Assembly: GCA_965237835.1 (NCBI GenBank)
Contig: OZ250160.1
Location: 1,225,439 to 1,289,438, forward strand
DNA: 64,000 bases
From: Candidatus Poribacteria bacterium
GTDB taxonomy: Bacteria > Poribacteria > WGA-4E > WGA-3G
Reading direction: 5' to 3'
Below, one piece after another: positions 30,379 through 39,929 of this stretch. Every line of letters starts with the position of its first letter. The first letter of the stretch is position 1. The notes beneath the pieces are model-generated. The model saw only the letters and a list, made by a program, of their open reading frames with translations, was not told the DNA's origin and did not search any database. A program made the translations under genes and the position numbers.

Positions 30379-30774
30379 ACCAAATTAACTTGATTCCAAT
30401 CTATCGGTGCGGCTTCCTAACCGCACCATAAGCGTCAATTTAGTGGTTTTCAAATATGAGAATTCTCTTTAGTCCCGTAGGGACGCAATGTTTATAGAAA
30501 ACGATGTCCTTAATCTCTTAGAGTTCCGTAGGAGCGGAATGTTTATATAAGACGTTATACACATATCGCTCCTACGGAGCTGAAGAGATGGGTTTGCGGG
30601 ACGAGGTACTATAAACATATCGTCCCTACGGGACTAAATATAAGACAATCTCAGTCCTCATGCTTATTGAGAGGTGTTTATAAAACGCAGACATTTTCTT
30701 AAATTGACGCTAATGGTGCGGTTTCCTAACCGCACCTACCGTCCTGAAAATAAGACAAATCCCGTTAATAAGGT
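30379..30774. repeat. composite family-A MITE-like element, reverse-complement copy of 11300..11722
   Basis: Near-identical over ~390 bp in inverted orientation; termini ataccaaattaac and cccgttaat. Confidence 0.85.
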
Positions 30775-31039
30775 TGGCAGAACTGACAATGATCCAGTCG
30801 TTAGAGTTAGATCACAAGCATCTACAGCAATCCCAGAAAATCCGAAAATCTCGCTCATTATCCGCACAGATGTACCGCGTGAGATGGAGACAGCAATACA
30901 TGCAATTTTAGCTGCACGCGGCAAACGCAAAGAAACCGCTCCAGGAACAGAATGGTTTATTACACACCCAAGCGAAGTCGAAGAAATTCATGCATTTATT
31001 CAAGGAGGAACTTCAAATACCTGTTCCATTTCCCAATAG
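30775..31039 (+). pseudogene. 5'-truncated T5orf172 (GIY-YIG-like) domain gene; N-terminus replaced by MITE sequence
   Basis: ...KVGRTDNDPVVRVRSQ...LIIRTDVPREMETAIHAILAARGKRKETAPGTEWF matches T5orf172 core; ORF 30674 start lies inside MITE. Confidence 0.55.
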
Positions 31040-31435
31040 TTTTCGATTAATATTTAGAAAATCGGACTTGCAAAGCTCTCCTACAAGAATCCTATATCAA
31101 AAAAATTTGACTTCTGCGATAAGATAATGTATAATTTATTAGAAATTTAATTTTTATCCACAAACATATTATGTTAATGCTATTTTTCTGCAACCATCAC
31201 CATTCAATCCATTCCTGAGTAGGGCGGATTAGAATGATGAGGTGATTATTCCATACATCATAGTGGACTTGAAGCAAGCGAAACTTGCTTGAACCCTGGT
31301 AAACTAACCGCTCTCCTTCGCGCCGATTTATCGGCACGTTGAGATTACGGCGTATCTTGTTTATCAGGTTTTTTTGTTACGAGGGACCTTTACAAGGAAA
31401 GTTTTAATATTGAAATTGCTTGGGAGCAACGCATA

Positions 31436-32899
31436 ATGGAAAAGTTTACTAAACCCTCCGGAACGAACGAAAAGTTTACTAAACCCTCCGGAACGAACGA
31501 TTTTCTGCCTGAACAGATGGTTCAACGAAATTTCGTTGAGAAAATCGTTTGTGAAACGTTTGAAAGTTATGGATATGCACAGATTCAGACACCACTGTTT
31601 GAATCCTTCGCGCTTTTATCCGCGCAGTCCGGCGAAGAGATACGTCACAAAATGTTTACGTTTGTTGGTCCAGATCGGGTAGATTATGCGCTGAGACCTG
31701 AACTCACCGCACCTGTCTGTAGAATCATTGCAAATGATGATCTACAACATCTGCCATATCCCTATAAATTATATTACATCGGACAATGTGTGCGTCAAGA
31801 ACCGAAGACCGACAACCCAGAGGTTAGGCGCGAATTTCGACAGGCAGGGGTAGAACTGATTGGTCCCGGATCGGCACTTGCAGACGCAGAGATTATTACA
31901 CTACCTGTCCGCATCCTTGAGAAACTCAACATTTCAGGGACGAAGTTGAAAATCGGTAATACCGGTGTATTTCGTGAGATTTTTAAACAGGTAGCCCTTG
32001 ATCCAAAAGATCATAGTGAGGTGATATTAGATATTGATCATCTTTCTCGGCTGCGGGTGGAAAGCCAATTTTTGGATTTGGATACGCTTAGTGATGAACT
32101 CAATATGTTGCGGCGTTTGCAAGGACCTGACTACCAAGGTGACCACAAGATTGAGACATCCACTATTCAGGAATTAACAGAAAGCAGTGCTGCTACTTGG
32201 GTAGAGAAGTTGCCGATGATTGCTGAGGACACCTATAAGGCGAGATGGCACCGATATTTCAATATCTCAGAAGATATTGCACAACGTTGTATTGATGTCT
32301 CAAAGATCAGTGGCGATAAGGATACGGTCATGTCAGCGTGGGAAACGATTCTTGGTGATACAGCACAGGAAGTTCGCCAAGAGCTGCGGACACTTTGCAA
32401 ATGTTTGGAAAACTATGAAATTACCGACTTTGAAATCAATTTGGGTATTACGCGCGGGTTTGATTTTTATACGGGGACAGTTTTTCAGATTGAATTGTCG
32501 GAGAAAAACTTACCAATCTGCGGTGGCGGAAGATATGATCGGTTGATTGAAAGTTTTGGCGGACCGTCACTTCCGGGGGCAGGATTTGCGTTCCAATTTG
32601 ATTCGCTGATGGAGGCGTTTACTGAAACGCAGCGAGAAACGGTTCAAGCGAAAAAGGATTACTTTATTGCGACAACATCCACGGATCTAATGCCTATAGC
32701 GCAACGTCTTGCTGAAAAACTGAGACGTTCCGACAAAATCGTAGAGGTGGATTTAATGGATCGTGACATAAAAGCTCAGCATGACTATGCTGTCCAAGCA
32801 AATTATGATTATCTGATCCGCTTAAACTCGAATGAATCGATGTGGCGAATAGACCTGAAAACTGACAATACAGAAGAGGTGACTATCAAAGACCTTTAA
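31436..32899 (+). CDS. hisZ: ATP phosphoribosyltransferase regulatory subunit (HisRS paralog retaining anticodon-binding-like domain)
   Basis: 487 aa; class-II aaRS HisRS-like catalytic core without HisRS signature; directly upstream of hisG; in-frame 30-bp tandem duplication at 31439-31498. Confidence 0.75.
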   Translation: MEKFTKPSGTNEKFTKPSGTNDFLPEQMVQRNFVEKIVCETFESYGYAQIQTPLFESFALLSAQSGEEIRHKMFTFVGPDRVDYALRPELTAPVCRIIANDDLQHLPYPYKLYYIGQCVRQEPKTDNPEVRREFRQAGVELIGPGSALADAEIITLPVRILEKLNISGTKLKIGNTGVFREIFKQVALDPKDHSEVILDIDHLSRLRVESQFLDLDTLSDELNMLRRLQGPDYQGDHKIETSTIQELTESSAATWVEKLPMIAEDTYKARWHRYFNISEDIAQRCIDVSKISGDKDTVMSAWETILGDTAQEVRQELRTLCKCLENYEITDFEINLGITRGFDFYTGTVFQIELSEKNLPICGGGRYDRLIESFGGPSLPGAGFAFQFDSLMEAFTETQRETVQAKKDYFIATTSTDLMPIAQRLAEKLRRSDKIVEVDLMDRDIKAQHDYAVQANYDYLIRLNSNESMWRIDLKTDNTEEVTIKDL

Positions 32900-32935
32900 A
32901 TGGATATAGACGAATACGAAACCTTCCTATATCTA

Positions 32936-33018
32936 ATATCAAATTAACTTGATTCGAAGTTTTCTGATAAAGTCAGCATTGCGAGGCACGGGGACCTCGC
33001 GCTACGAATTGGGTATAA
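32936..33018. repeat. family-B MITE-like element 17 bp upstream of hisG start
   Basis: atcaaattaacttgattcgaagttttctgataaagtcagcattgcgaggcacggggacctcgcgctacgaattgggtataaa. Confidence 0.8.
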
Positions 33019-33034
33019 AGCGAGGAAACCGATT

Positions 33035-33805
33035 ATGGAAACAGAACGGATGTTGAATCTACTTTTGCCGAAAGGCACTATACAGTCTGAAACACTTGAG
33101 ACGTTTCAGCGCGCAGGCTACGAATTAAACGGATACAAGTCAACCGATCGGTCTTATCGTGCTACCTTTCAAAACGATAGCGAATTCCAGATAAAGATTT
33201 CTCGTCCGCAAGAGATACCGGTTTATGTTGGCATGGATGATTTTTATGATTTGGGAATCACTGGACAAGATTGGGTTGAAGAGACCGATGCGGATGTTGA
33301 GGAGATTCTTCCGTTGGACTATGGGTTTGTTAGTATTGTTCTTGCTGTTCGCGAAGAACGGAAGGACATCAATACTTTCACGGATTTGGTGAACCTTGCG
33401 GATAGAAACATTCGCATTTCTACGGAATATCTGAACATCGCGGAGAAATATATCCTTGAAAAGACAGAAAACCGCGTAGCACCTGCGATTCTAACCCCAT
33501 GGAAGCGATTGAACACCCTCGGGACTTACCAGTCCCCCATCACACTCATGCTGTCTTTCGGCGCAACAGAGGGGAAACCGCCTGAAGAGGCGGATGCTAT
33601 CATTGACAATTGTAGTTCAGCACGCACGCTTAAGGCAAACTACCTCAAGATAATTGAAGTGCTACGTGAATCCGAATCTACGCTGATTGCAAATCCGAAA
33701 TCGCTCAAGGATCCATGGAAACGTGAAAAGATTGAAGAACTGAAGCAGACATTAGAAAAAGGATTGCGGAGACGGCGAAGTCAAGCACTTCCCGGACACA
33801 TTTAA
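33035..33805 (+). CDS. hisG: ATP phosphoribosyltransferase
   Basis: 256 aa HisG-like N-terminal and catalytic regions. Confidence 0.8.
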   Translation: METERMLNLLLPKGTIQSETLETFQRAGYELNGYKSTDRSYRATFQNDSEFQIKISRPQEIPVYVGMDDFYDLGITGQDWVEETDADVEEILPLDYGFVSIVLAVREERKDINTFTDLVNLADRNIRISTEYLNIAEKYILEKTENRVAPAILTPWKRLNTLGTYQSPITLMLSFGATEGKPPEEADAIIDNCSSARTLKANYLKIIEVLRESESTLIANPKSLKDPWKREKIEELKQTLEKGLRRRRSQALPGHI

Positions 33806-33817
33806 GGAGCAAAAATT

Positions 33818-35146
33818 ATGGCGACCATTAAACCGCGCGTCCCCCGTGGCATGAGAGATATATTGCCTGAACAGATGATTCGTAGACAATATGTTATAGA
33901 TGTTATTCGCGATGTATTTGAGGAATTTGGGTTTGAACCGTTACAGACTCCCGCGCTCGAATTGTCTGAAGTGCTCACAGGTAAATATGGACCGGACGCA
34001 GAAAAGCTGATTTATCAAGCTGGACATACTGGTGGTAAAGAGGATATCTCATTACGCTACGATCTTTCTGTCCCGCTCTGCCGTGTTGTAGCGATGTATC
34101 CGCAATTGCCGAAACCGTTTAAACGGTATCAAATTGATCCTGTGTGGCGCGCAGAACGTCCGCAAAAGGGACGTTATCGCCAATTTTTCCAGTGCGATGC
34201 AGATACCGTTGGAAGCGATAGTATGTTAGCTGACGCGGAAAATGTTAATCTCATTTATCAAGTCCTTTTCCGTCTCGGTTTTTATGACTTTGAGATTAAT
34301 ATCAACAACCGGAAACTAATTACCGGGATAGGGGAATTCACTGGCGTGCCTACTGAACAACTTGGCGGCCTCTATCGCGCTATTGATAAATTGGATAAGA
34401 TCGGTTTGGATGGTGTCACCACAGAATTACGAGAAAATGAGATTCCGGAGGATGTTATTGCAAACTTGCTTAAGTTGATCCAAATTGAGGGACCTTCAAA
34501 GGTAGTGCTGGATGAACTTTATGAACAACTCGGACATCTGGATATAGCTCGGGAAGGCATCGCTGAATTGGGTGAGTTAATCCGTTATCTTATGATATTT
34601 GGCGTTCCAGAGGAGATATACAGGGTGAACGTTGCTATGGTGCGCGGTTTGGAATACTATACCGGACCAATTTATGAGACGGTAGTTAAAGAACCGAAAA
34701 TTGGCAGCATCACAGGTGGCGGTAGGTATGATGAACTGATCGGTAGTTTTGGTAAACAGAGTTTTCCTGCAACCGGTACAAGTTTCGGCATTGAGCGGAT
34801 TATTGACGTAATGGAAGAATTTGATATGTTTCCGTCTACTGTGAGGAAAACGGTGACGCAAGTATTAATGACCGTTTTTGATGATGATCTGATGGAAGAA
34901 TCTCTTAAATTAGCGACTCGGCTACGTCAAGGCGGTATCCGAACAGAGGTCTATTTCCGTCCTACGCGAATTAGTACGCAAATGAAATATGCCAATGCGA
35001 AAGGTATCCCTTACGTTGTTATTCTGGGTTCGGATGAGTTAGCTGCAGGCACTGCTGCTGTTCGGGATTTGGCAACCAGAGAACAAGAAGATGTTCCATT
35101 GGATAAGGTTGTTGATCGGATTAAGCAGTTGATAGAGAAAACGTAA
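33818..35146 (+). CDS. hisS: histidine--tRNA ligase
   Basis: 442 aa; class II motifs, GGRYDELIGSFG, anticodon-binding domain. Confidence 0.9.
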   Translation: MATIKPRVPRGMRDILPEQMIRRQYVIDVIRDVFEEFGFEPLQTPALELSEVLTGKYGPDAEKLIYQAGHTGGKEDISLRYDLSVPLCRVVAMYPQLPKPFKRYQIDPVWRAERPQKGRYRQFFQCDADTVGSDSMLADAENVNLIYQVLFRLGFYDFEININNRKLITGIGEFTGVPTEQLGGLYRAIDKLDKIGLDGVTTELRENEIPEDVIANLLKLIQIEGPSKVVLDELYEQLGHLDIAREGIAELGELIRYLMIFGVPEEIYRVNVAMVRGLEYYTGPIYETVVKEPKIGSITGGGRYDELIGSFGKQSFPATGTSFGIERIIDVMEEFDMFPSTVRKTVTQVLMTVFDDDLMEESLKLATRLRQGGIRTEVYFRPTRISTQMKYANAKGIPYVVILGSDELAAGTAAVRDLATREQEDVPLDKVVDRIKQLIEKT

Positions 35147-35159
35147 TGAGAGTGTAACC

Positions 35160-35312
35160 TAATTCTAACGTGAGTTTGATATATAGCAAATTCTAAACAT
35201 AAACGGACATTTTCATAGGGGTTAGGTAACCTAACCCCTACGGGCGAGAAGACCTCGCCCCTACGAGAAGCCCGACATCTTGTTTTATCAAACTCACGTT
35301 AATTCTAAACAG
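35160..35312. repeat. family-H MITE-like element
   Basis: TIRs ttaattctaacgtgagtttgata / tatcaaactcacgttaattctaa; internal hairpins ggggttaggtaacctaacccc and gggcgagaagacctcgccc. Confidence 0.8.
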
Positions 35313-35798
35313 ATGAGGGCTGCTCTTGTACCACAGGAATAACATAACTTCGAATCGTAAAACCATCTAATGTCTCAGTTTCTACACGATGTTCGGGGAC
35401 TGTGCGGTGATCAAATACGACGTAGTATCCTTCTGTAGCACCTTCAGATTTGAGATAGGCAGCAAGTTGTCTTTTACCAACTTGATAGCGGTGGTTACTT
35501 TCCCAAATCTTGGTTTCAATGATGTATTTTTGCGCGTTGTGAAGGATAAGCAGGTCTATCCTGCCGCGCCCGGTTTGGACTTCAAGGTACATTGCACCTT
35601 GTACGATTCGAACGAACTGATCCAGATATGTATAGAGGAGATATTGTCCTACGAACTCTTTTGGCGTATCTGGCACATGTAAGATTTTGAAACCAGCCCG
35701 TGCAATAAAAGCCTGAAAGTTATCAAGCAGCGTTGCCATTTCAATTTTTCCATCGGTTGTAAGGTAATCAATGAAATCTGTATCTTGACATCTCCCAC
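35305..35798 (-). pseudogene. C-terminal PD-(D/E)XK nuclease-like domain of a split AAA-ATPase-like protein
   Basis: 144-aa ORF is open upstream to the IS-derivative boundary (...DTDFIDYLTTDGKIEMATLLDNFQ...); such domains normally follow the AAA-ATPase-like domain in one polypeptide. Confidence 0.6.
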
Positions 35799-36200
35799 AC
35801 CTAAAGGAGTGGGATTCTTAGGTCTTATATCAGTCCTTAATGTTTCTGAATGCCTTGTTCCTGCTTCTGCATCCACTGCTCCGTAGTTGAGTCTAACACG
35901 GACTCCACAGGCGTTTAGACTCTCCCAGTGTCCCCAGGCGAGTTATTAGTGAATGTGGTAGGGATGTTGTCCTAACAACATATATTAGTTTTTCTCTACC
36001 ACATTCTAATGTTTTGAGTGATTTCGCACCAGCACCACACACCTTATCACGGATGGGGACAGGACTCAACACAGGTAAGTGTTGAGGTGATAACCCTGTC
36101 CAACGATGCTACATATAGTATATGCTATTTCGGTGCAAATGTCAAGCGTTTTTTGACCCACAGCTAAAGCAGTGGGATTGTTAGTTAATTCCCTTCATTT
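35795..36200 (-). mobile_element. tnpB-less IS605-family derivative inserted into the AAA-ATPase-like/PD-(D/E)XK gene
   Basis: Hairpins cccactcctttaggtgtggg and cccactgctttagctgtggg at the ends; gactccacaggcgtttagactc right-end module; ~85% identical to inverted copy 45790..46075. Confidence 0.7.
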
Positions 36201-37318
36201 TCGGGAAAATAGTGCCCTTCGATCCCGTTAATAAGAGGCAGGAAAGCTTGTATGATGCACTGCTGATAAATCGGGTTCACAATCTCACACATGCCGTCTG
36301 TCCCTTTTGTAATCACACCGTAAGTTGTGAGTTGATTAATAATATCATTTTGTCGGTTATACTGCACGCCTCTCTCATAAGAAACGATTTTCATGAGTAG
36401 GTTTTCAAAACGAGGGTCTCTTCGGATATTGGTAAGCAGATGTCTGATGTTGACATTATCTTCCTCAAGTAGGACAGAAAGTCCGGTAGAAAAGTTTGAC
36501 ATCGTTATTGTTTCAGTTTTGGGAATGGCTAACTCTTCAGTAAGGATTTGCGCGAATCGATTGACGAGGAACGGTTGCCCAGCAGTTTGTTTATGGAGTG
36601 CTTCAACAACTTCAGGCGAGAAGTCTTGTCCAGTTTCATCTGTATACTGTGTGAACAACTCTTGCACCTGTTGGCGGGTGAAGTTGGGCAAGTAAAACTC
36701 GTCCTGGATATTGAATGGAGAAACGGACCTATCATAGTTAAGTTGCGTGATGCTCTTGACCCCGACGATACCGACACTATGAGGGCAGCGCATCTCATCG
36801 GAAAGGTAAATGTCGCGTAGCGCATGAAGAAAATCACTTAAAACAGTCTGTGGAATGCCATCAAACTCGTCTATAATGACGACAACCTTCTGATTACCAA
36901 GATCATTATTCAAAATGCTTGAGAACTGTTCAAAGAACTCCATCATTGAAAGGTGATTTGTGATCTGCACGTTTTCAAGAAATTGTGTAAGTGTGTCAGA
37001 AGGAGTATCTCCCCGCTTTTGGAGTACTTGCTCAATCTCCTTACGTATCCTTTTGCAAAGAGCCTCGTAAAAATCGGAAGAGGAGAGGTTTTTATAAGTT
37101 TCAAAATTGAGTTGAATTGGAAAATAGATTGACGATTCGGTTACAAGTGTGTCAACTGCCATTCTGAAAAAGGTCGTCTTGCCAGTTTGACGTGGCGCAA
37201 AGAGAACGATGTACCGCCCTTCTTTGACGCGTATGAGAAAATCGTCAATCTCCTTGCTACGAGGTACAACATAATGTTGTCCTGGATACACACGACCTTG
37301 GGTTCCAAAACGTCTCAT
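36185..37318 (-). CDS. AAA-ATPase-like domain protein (N-terminal part of split gene; last 7 codons are IS-derived)
   Basis: 377 aa; P-loop FAPRQTGKTT; C-terminal ...FPENEGN encoded by gggaattaac repeat end. Confidence 0.7.
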   Translation of the reverse strand: MRRFGTQGRVYPGQHYVVPRSKEIDDFLIRVKEGRYIVLFAPRQTGKTTFFRMAVDTLVTESSIYFPIQLNFETYKNLSSSDFYEALCKRIRKEIEQVLQKRGDTPSDTLTQFLENVQITNHLSMMEFFEQFSSILNNDLGNQKVVVIIDEFDGIPQTVLSDFLHALRDIYLSDEMRCPHSVGIVGVKSITQLNYDRSVSPFNIQDEFYLPNFTRQQVQELFTQYTDETGQDFSPEVVEALHKQTAGQPFLVNRFAQILTEELAIPKTETITMSNFSTGLSVLLEEDNVNIRHLLTNIRRDPRFENLLMKIVSYERGVQYNRQNDIINQLTTYGVITKGTDGMCEIVNPIYQQCIIQAFLPLINGIEGHYFPENEGN

Positions 37319-37404
37319 TTTTTCACCATTTTCGATATTAATTCTTAACGGTTTATTGTATCACATCATTGCTTGAAAGTCTATAGAAAATTAAGGTAGT
37401 AGCA

Positions 37405-37523
37405 GGGTTATTTAGTTTTAGGCTTTTTGTCCATTTTAGACGAAAAGTCGCGATTCGGAGATCGCTCCTACAGCGGAAAGTCTTAGATTGAAAACCTAAA
37501 TATTCGGAGAACTAAATAGCCCT
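37405..37523. repeat. family-C MITE-like element
   Basis: Near-identical to 18297..18414 and 24241..24358. Confidence 0.85.
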
Positions 37524-37555
37524 GAAGATAGTAGTCGCACTCCGCGTGCCGTAAT

Positions 37556-37644
37556 AGCAAATTAACTTGATTTGAAGTTTTCCGATAAAGTCAGCATTGC
37601 GAGGCACGGGGACCTCGCGCTACAAATGGGGTTAATTGGGTATA
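37556..37644. repeat. family-B MITE-like element 22 bp upstream of 37666 start
   Basis: caaattaacttgatttgaagttttccgataaagtcagcattgcgaggcacggggacctcgcgctacaaatggggttaattgggtataaa. Confidence 0.8.
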
Positions 37645-37665
37645 AAATAAAAAGAGAGAAAGATT

Positions 37666-38841
37666 ATGAAATTTTACAAACGTTCACGTATCCTTTGGAG
37701 TATTTTTCTACTCGGTTTGATTGTTCAGGTGGTGCAACTGACGATTGCAGGGTGTAGTCACACTTCTCCTTACTACCATCCGGATATCTTTGTCGCTGAG
37801 AAACAGGATATTGTAAAGGAAGAGAACTTACACTACAGAATCTTACTTCTTGGCGACGGTGGGCAACCGAAAACAGATGAACCTGTGCTAAAAACATTAC
37901 AGGTATGGGCAGAAAAAATGCCTAAGAAAACCAGCGTTATTTTTTTAGGGGACAATATGTACCCTGATGGGATGACAGAGCAAAAGCAACACGAAGCTTC
38001 AACTCGGCTCGGTCCACAACTTGAGGTTGTCAAATCTTCTGGGACGCACGGATTGTTCATTCCCGGTAACCACGATTGGTCGAACGGAAAAGAGGTGGGG
38101 TATAGCGCGCTTCTTGCACAAGAGAAATATATTAATGCAACCCTATCCCGCGATCCAAAATTCCTGCCGCGAGGCGGTTCTCCGGGACCGATTGCGCTGG
38201 AACTTCCAGAGTCGGCACCTATTGTTCGGATCATTGTGCTTGATACGCAGTGGTGGCTGCATCAACACGAAAAGCCGAAAAAAGCCGCGGAGACAATTAT
38301 AGCAGAACTCAAAACTTTGTTGGATTCTGAATTGCCTATCATTGTTGTTGGACACCATCCATTGCAGAGTTATGGGGTACACGGTGGTTTCTACGACTGG
38401 AAGGCACACCTATTTCCGGGTAGAGTAGCGAAAAAATGGCTTTGGGTGCCTGTGCCTATCGTTGGTTCTCTGTATCCGTTGGCTCGGTGGCATCTGGTAA
38501 AATCGGATCAGGACCTCAACAGTGTGAGTAATAGATATATGGTGGCGCAATTCAATGCCGCTCTTTCTACTGCCAAGAAGACACCTCTTTTAATATATGC
38601 TTCTGGACATGACCATTCTCTTCAGGTTTTGAAGGGAGATGTCACGGATTACCTACTTGTAAGCGGACTTGGCTCCAGTGATAAGGCGACAGAGGTGGGT
38701 CATGGGAATAATACGTTATTTGCGCATCAGCACTCAGGCTTTATGGCAATAGATTTTCTCACAGATGGAAAGGTATTGTTACGGGTGGTAGAACCCGGCA
38801 GTAAGAATGTATTGTTCCACCATTGGCTGAAAACAGATTGA
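37666..38841 (+). CDS. secreted calcineurin-like metallophosphoesterase
   Basis: 391 aa; signal peptide/lipobox-like N-terminus, LLGDGG, FLGDNMYPDG, GNHDW, GHDH motifs; TGA stop. Confidence 0.8.
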   Translation: MKFYKRSRILWSIFLLGLIVQVVQLTIAGCSHTSPYYHPDIFVAEKQDIVKEENLHYRILLLGDGGQPKTDEPVLKTLQVWAEKMPKKTSVIFLGDNMYPDGMTEQKQHEASTRLGPQLEVVKSSGTHGLFIPGNHDWSNGKEVGYSALLAQEKYINATLSRDPKFLPRGGSPGPIALELPESAPIVRIIVLDTQWWLHQHEKPKKAAETIIAELKTLLDSELPIIVVGHHPLQSYGVHGGFYDWKAHLFPGRVAKKWLWVPVPIVGSLYPLARWHLVKSDQDLNSVSNRYMVAQFNAALSTAKKTPLLIYASGHDHSLQVLKGDVTDYLLVSGLGSSDKATEVGHGNNTLFAHQHSGFMAIDFLTDGKVLLRVVEPGSKNVLFHHWLKTD

Positions 38842-39041
38842 TATCTTACAAGTTTTATATATAGTAAAACCTACAATTAATTGGACATTGTCATTCGGCG
38901 CTTACAAAGCATCCTACATTTTTAACCTTTAGTCGCAACCAGGAGGTCGCTCGGACAGAATGTAAGAGGCGCAATGAATTGCGCGACTACTAACGCTGTA
39001 AACCCAAAGAAATGTCTATTTATTTCTAAGCTTCACTATAT

Positions 39042-39326
39042 TTATTCTGCTTTTTGACCTTCCTTGCGAGCGTACTTCAGAAATTCCATATTGTGTAGAT
39101 AAGGTGCAATATCTTCCAATTGCATACGTATTTCGTTTAAATCTGTAGCTGCCTGATTCAGATCTGTTTTTACCTGTTGATATGTTTGCCGTGCCTTCTT
39201 GGGATGGTACCCGCTTTTTTTTAGAAAATGATCTGTGACTACTTTTACTGTAACAAGTACGGTAATGGTTAAGCTTCCCATAACAATCAGTGTAATGTTC
39301 GCAAGTAAGGTGATGATTGTTTGCAT
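39042..39326 (-). CDS. small membrane-anchored coiled-coil protein (paralog of 39341..39577)
   Basis: 94 aa, N-terminal TM helix then charged helix. Confidence 0.45.
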   Translation of the reverse strand: MQTIITLLANITLIVMGSLTITVLVTVKVVTDHFLKKSGYHPKKARQTYQQVKTDLNQAATDLNEIRMQLEDIAPYLHNMEFLKYARKEGQKAE

Positions 39327-39340
39327 GCGTTTTCTCTCCT

Positions 39341-39577
39341 CTACTCAGAGATACCTTTAGTTATCTGAACGAGTTCTCGTAGTTGTGTCTTCAGTGCATC
39401 AATTTCGTCCTTAACCTGCGTTACCTGTTTATGTAACGCCTCTATATCGCGTTGTGATGCCCCTTGACGAAGCCCGCGTTTCTTTTCCGAATAAGATGTC
39501 CCCATAGATACACACCCAAGTACCGTCAACGCAAGACTACCACAAACTATTGCAACGATGAGTATTATTCCTCCCAT
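39341..39577 (-). CDS. small membrane-anchored coiled-coil protein
   Basis: 78 aa, same architecture as the adjacent ORF. Confidence 0.45.
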   Translation of the reverse strand: MGGIILIVAIVCGSLALTVLGCVSMGTSYSEKKRGLRQGASQRDIEALHKQVTQVKDEIDALKTQLRELVQITKGISE

Positions 39578-39929
39578 TTTTTATCCTCCATTGTGATTGT
39601 ATAATTGAAAATTATTCCACTCTGTAGGCACGAAATATCATCAGTGAATTCGACATTGATTACCACTTTGAAGCGCACATGCCCACGTGCGAAATTTGCA
39701 AATAATTGGTTTCTGTTGATTTAGAGTATATTAAGTCATAAAAAGATAGTATAATTTCAGATTAATAAAATTCTTGAAAATGTCAATCGTTTTTTCTATT
39801 CAGTATTGCTCGCGCTACAAATCAGGTTAATATGATAAGTCAAGAAGGATAAATTCCAATAAACTATTGAGGTTATTTTGTGTCTAAACATAACATGTTT
39901 TACACGAAAAGCCAGAATGGAGGTAAAAG

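Noticed and set aside
30674-30774. N-terminal 33 codons of ORF 30674..31039 as native protein sequence
   Set aside because: These codons lie inside the MITE terminus and the same peptide appears from another copy (48752-49066, antisense). Treated as repeat-derived.
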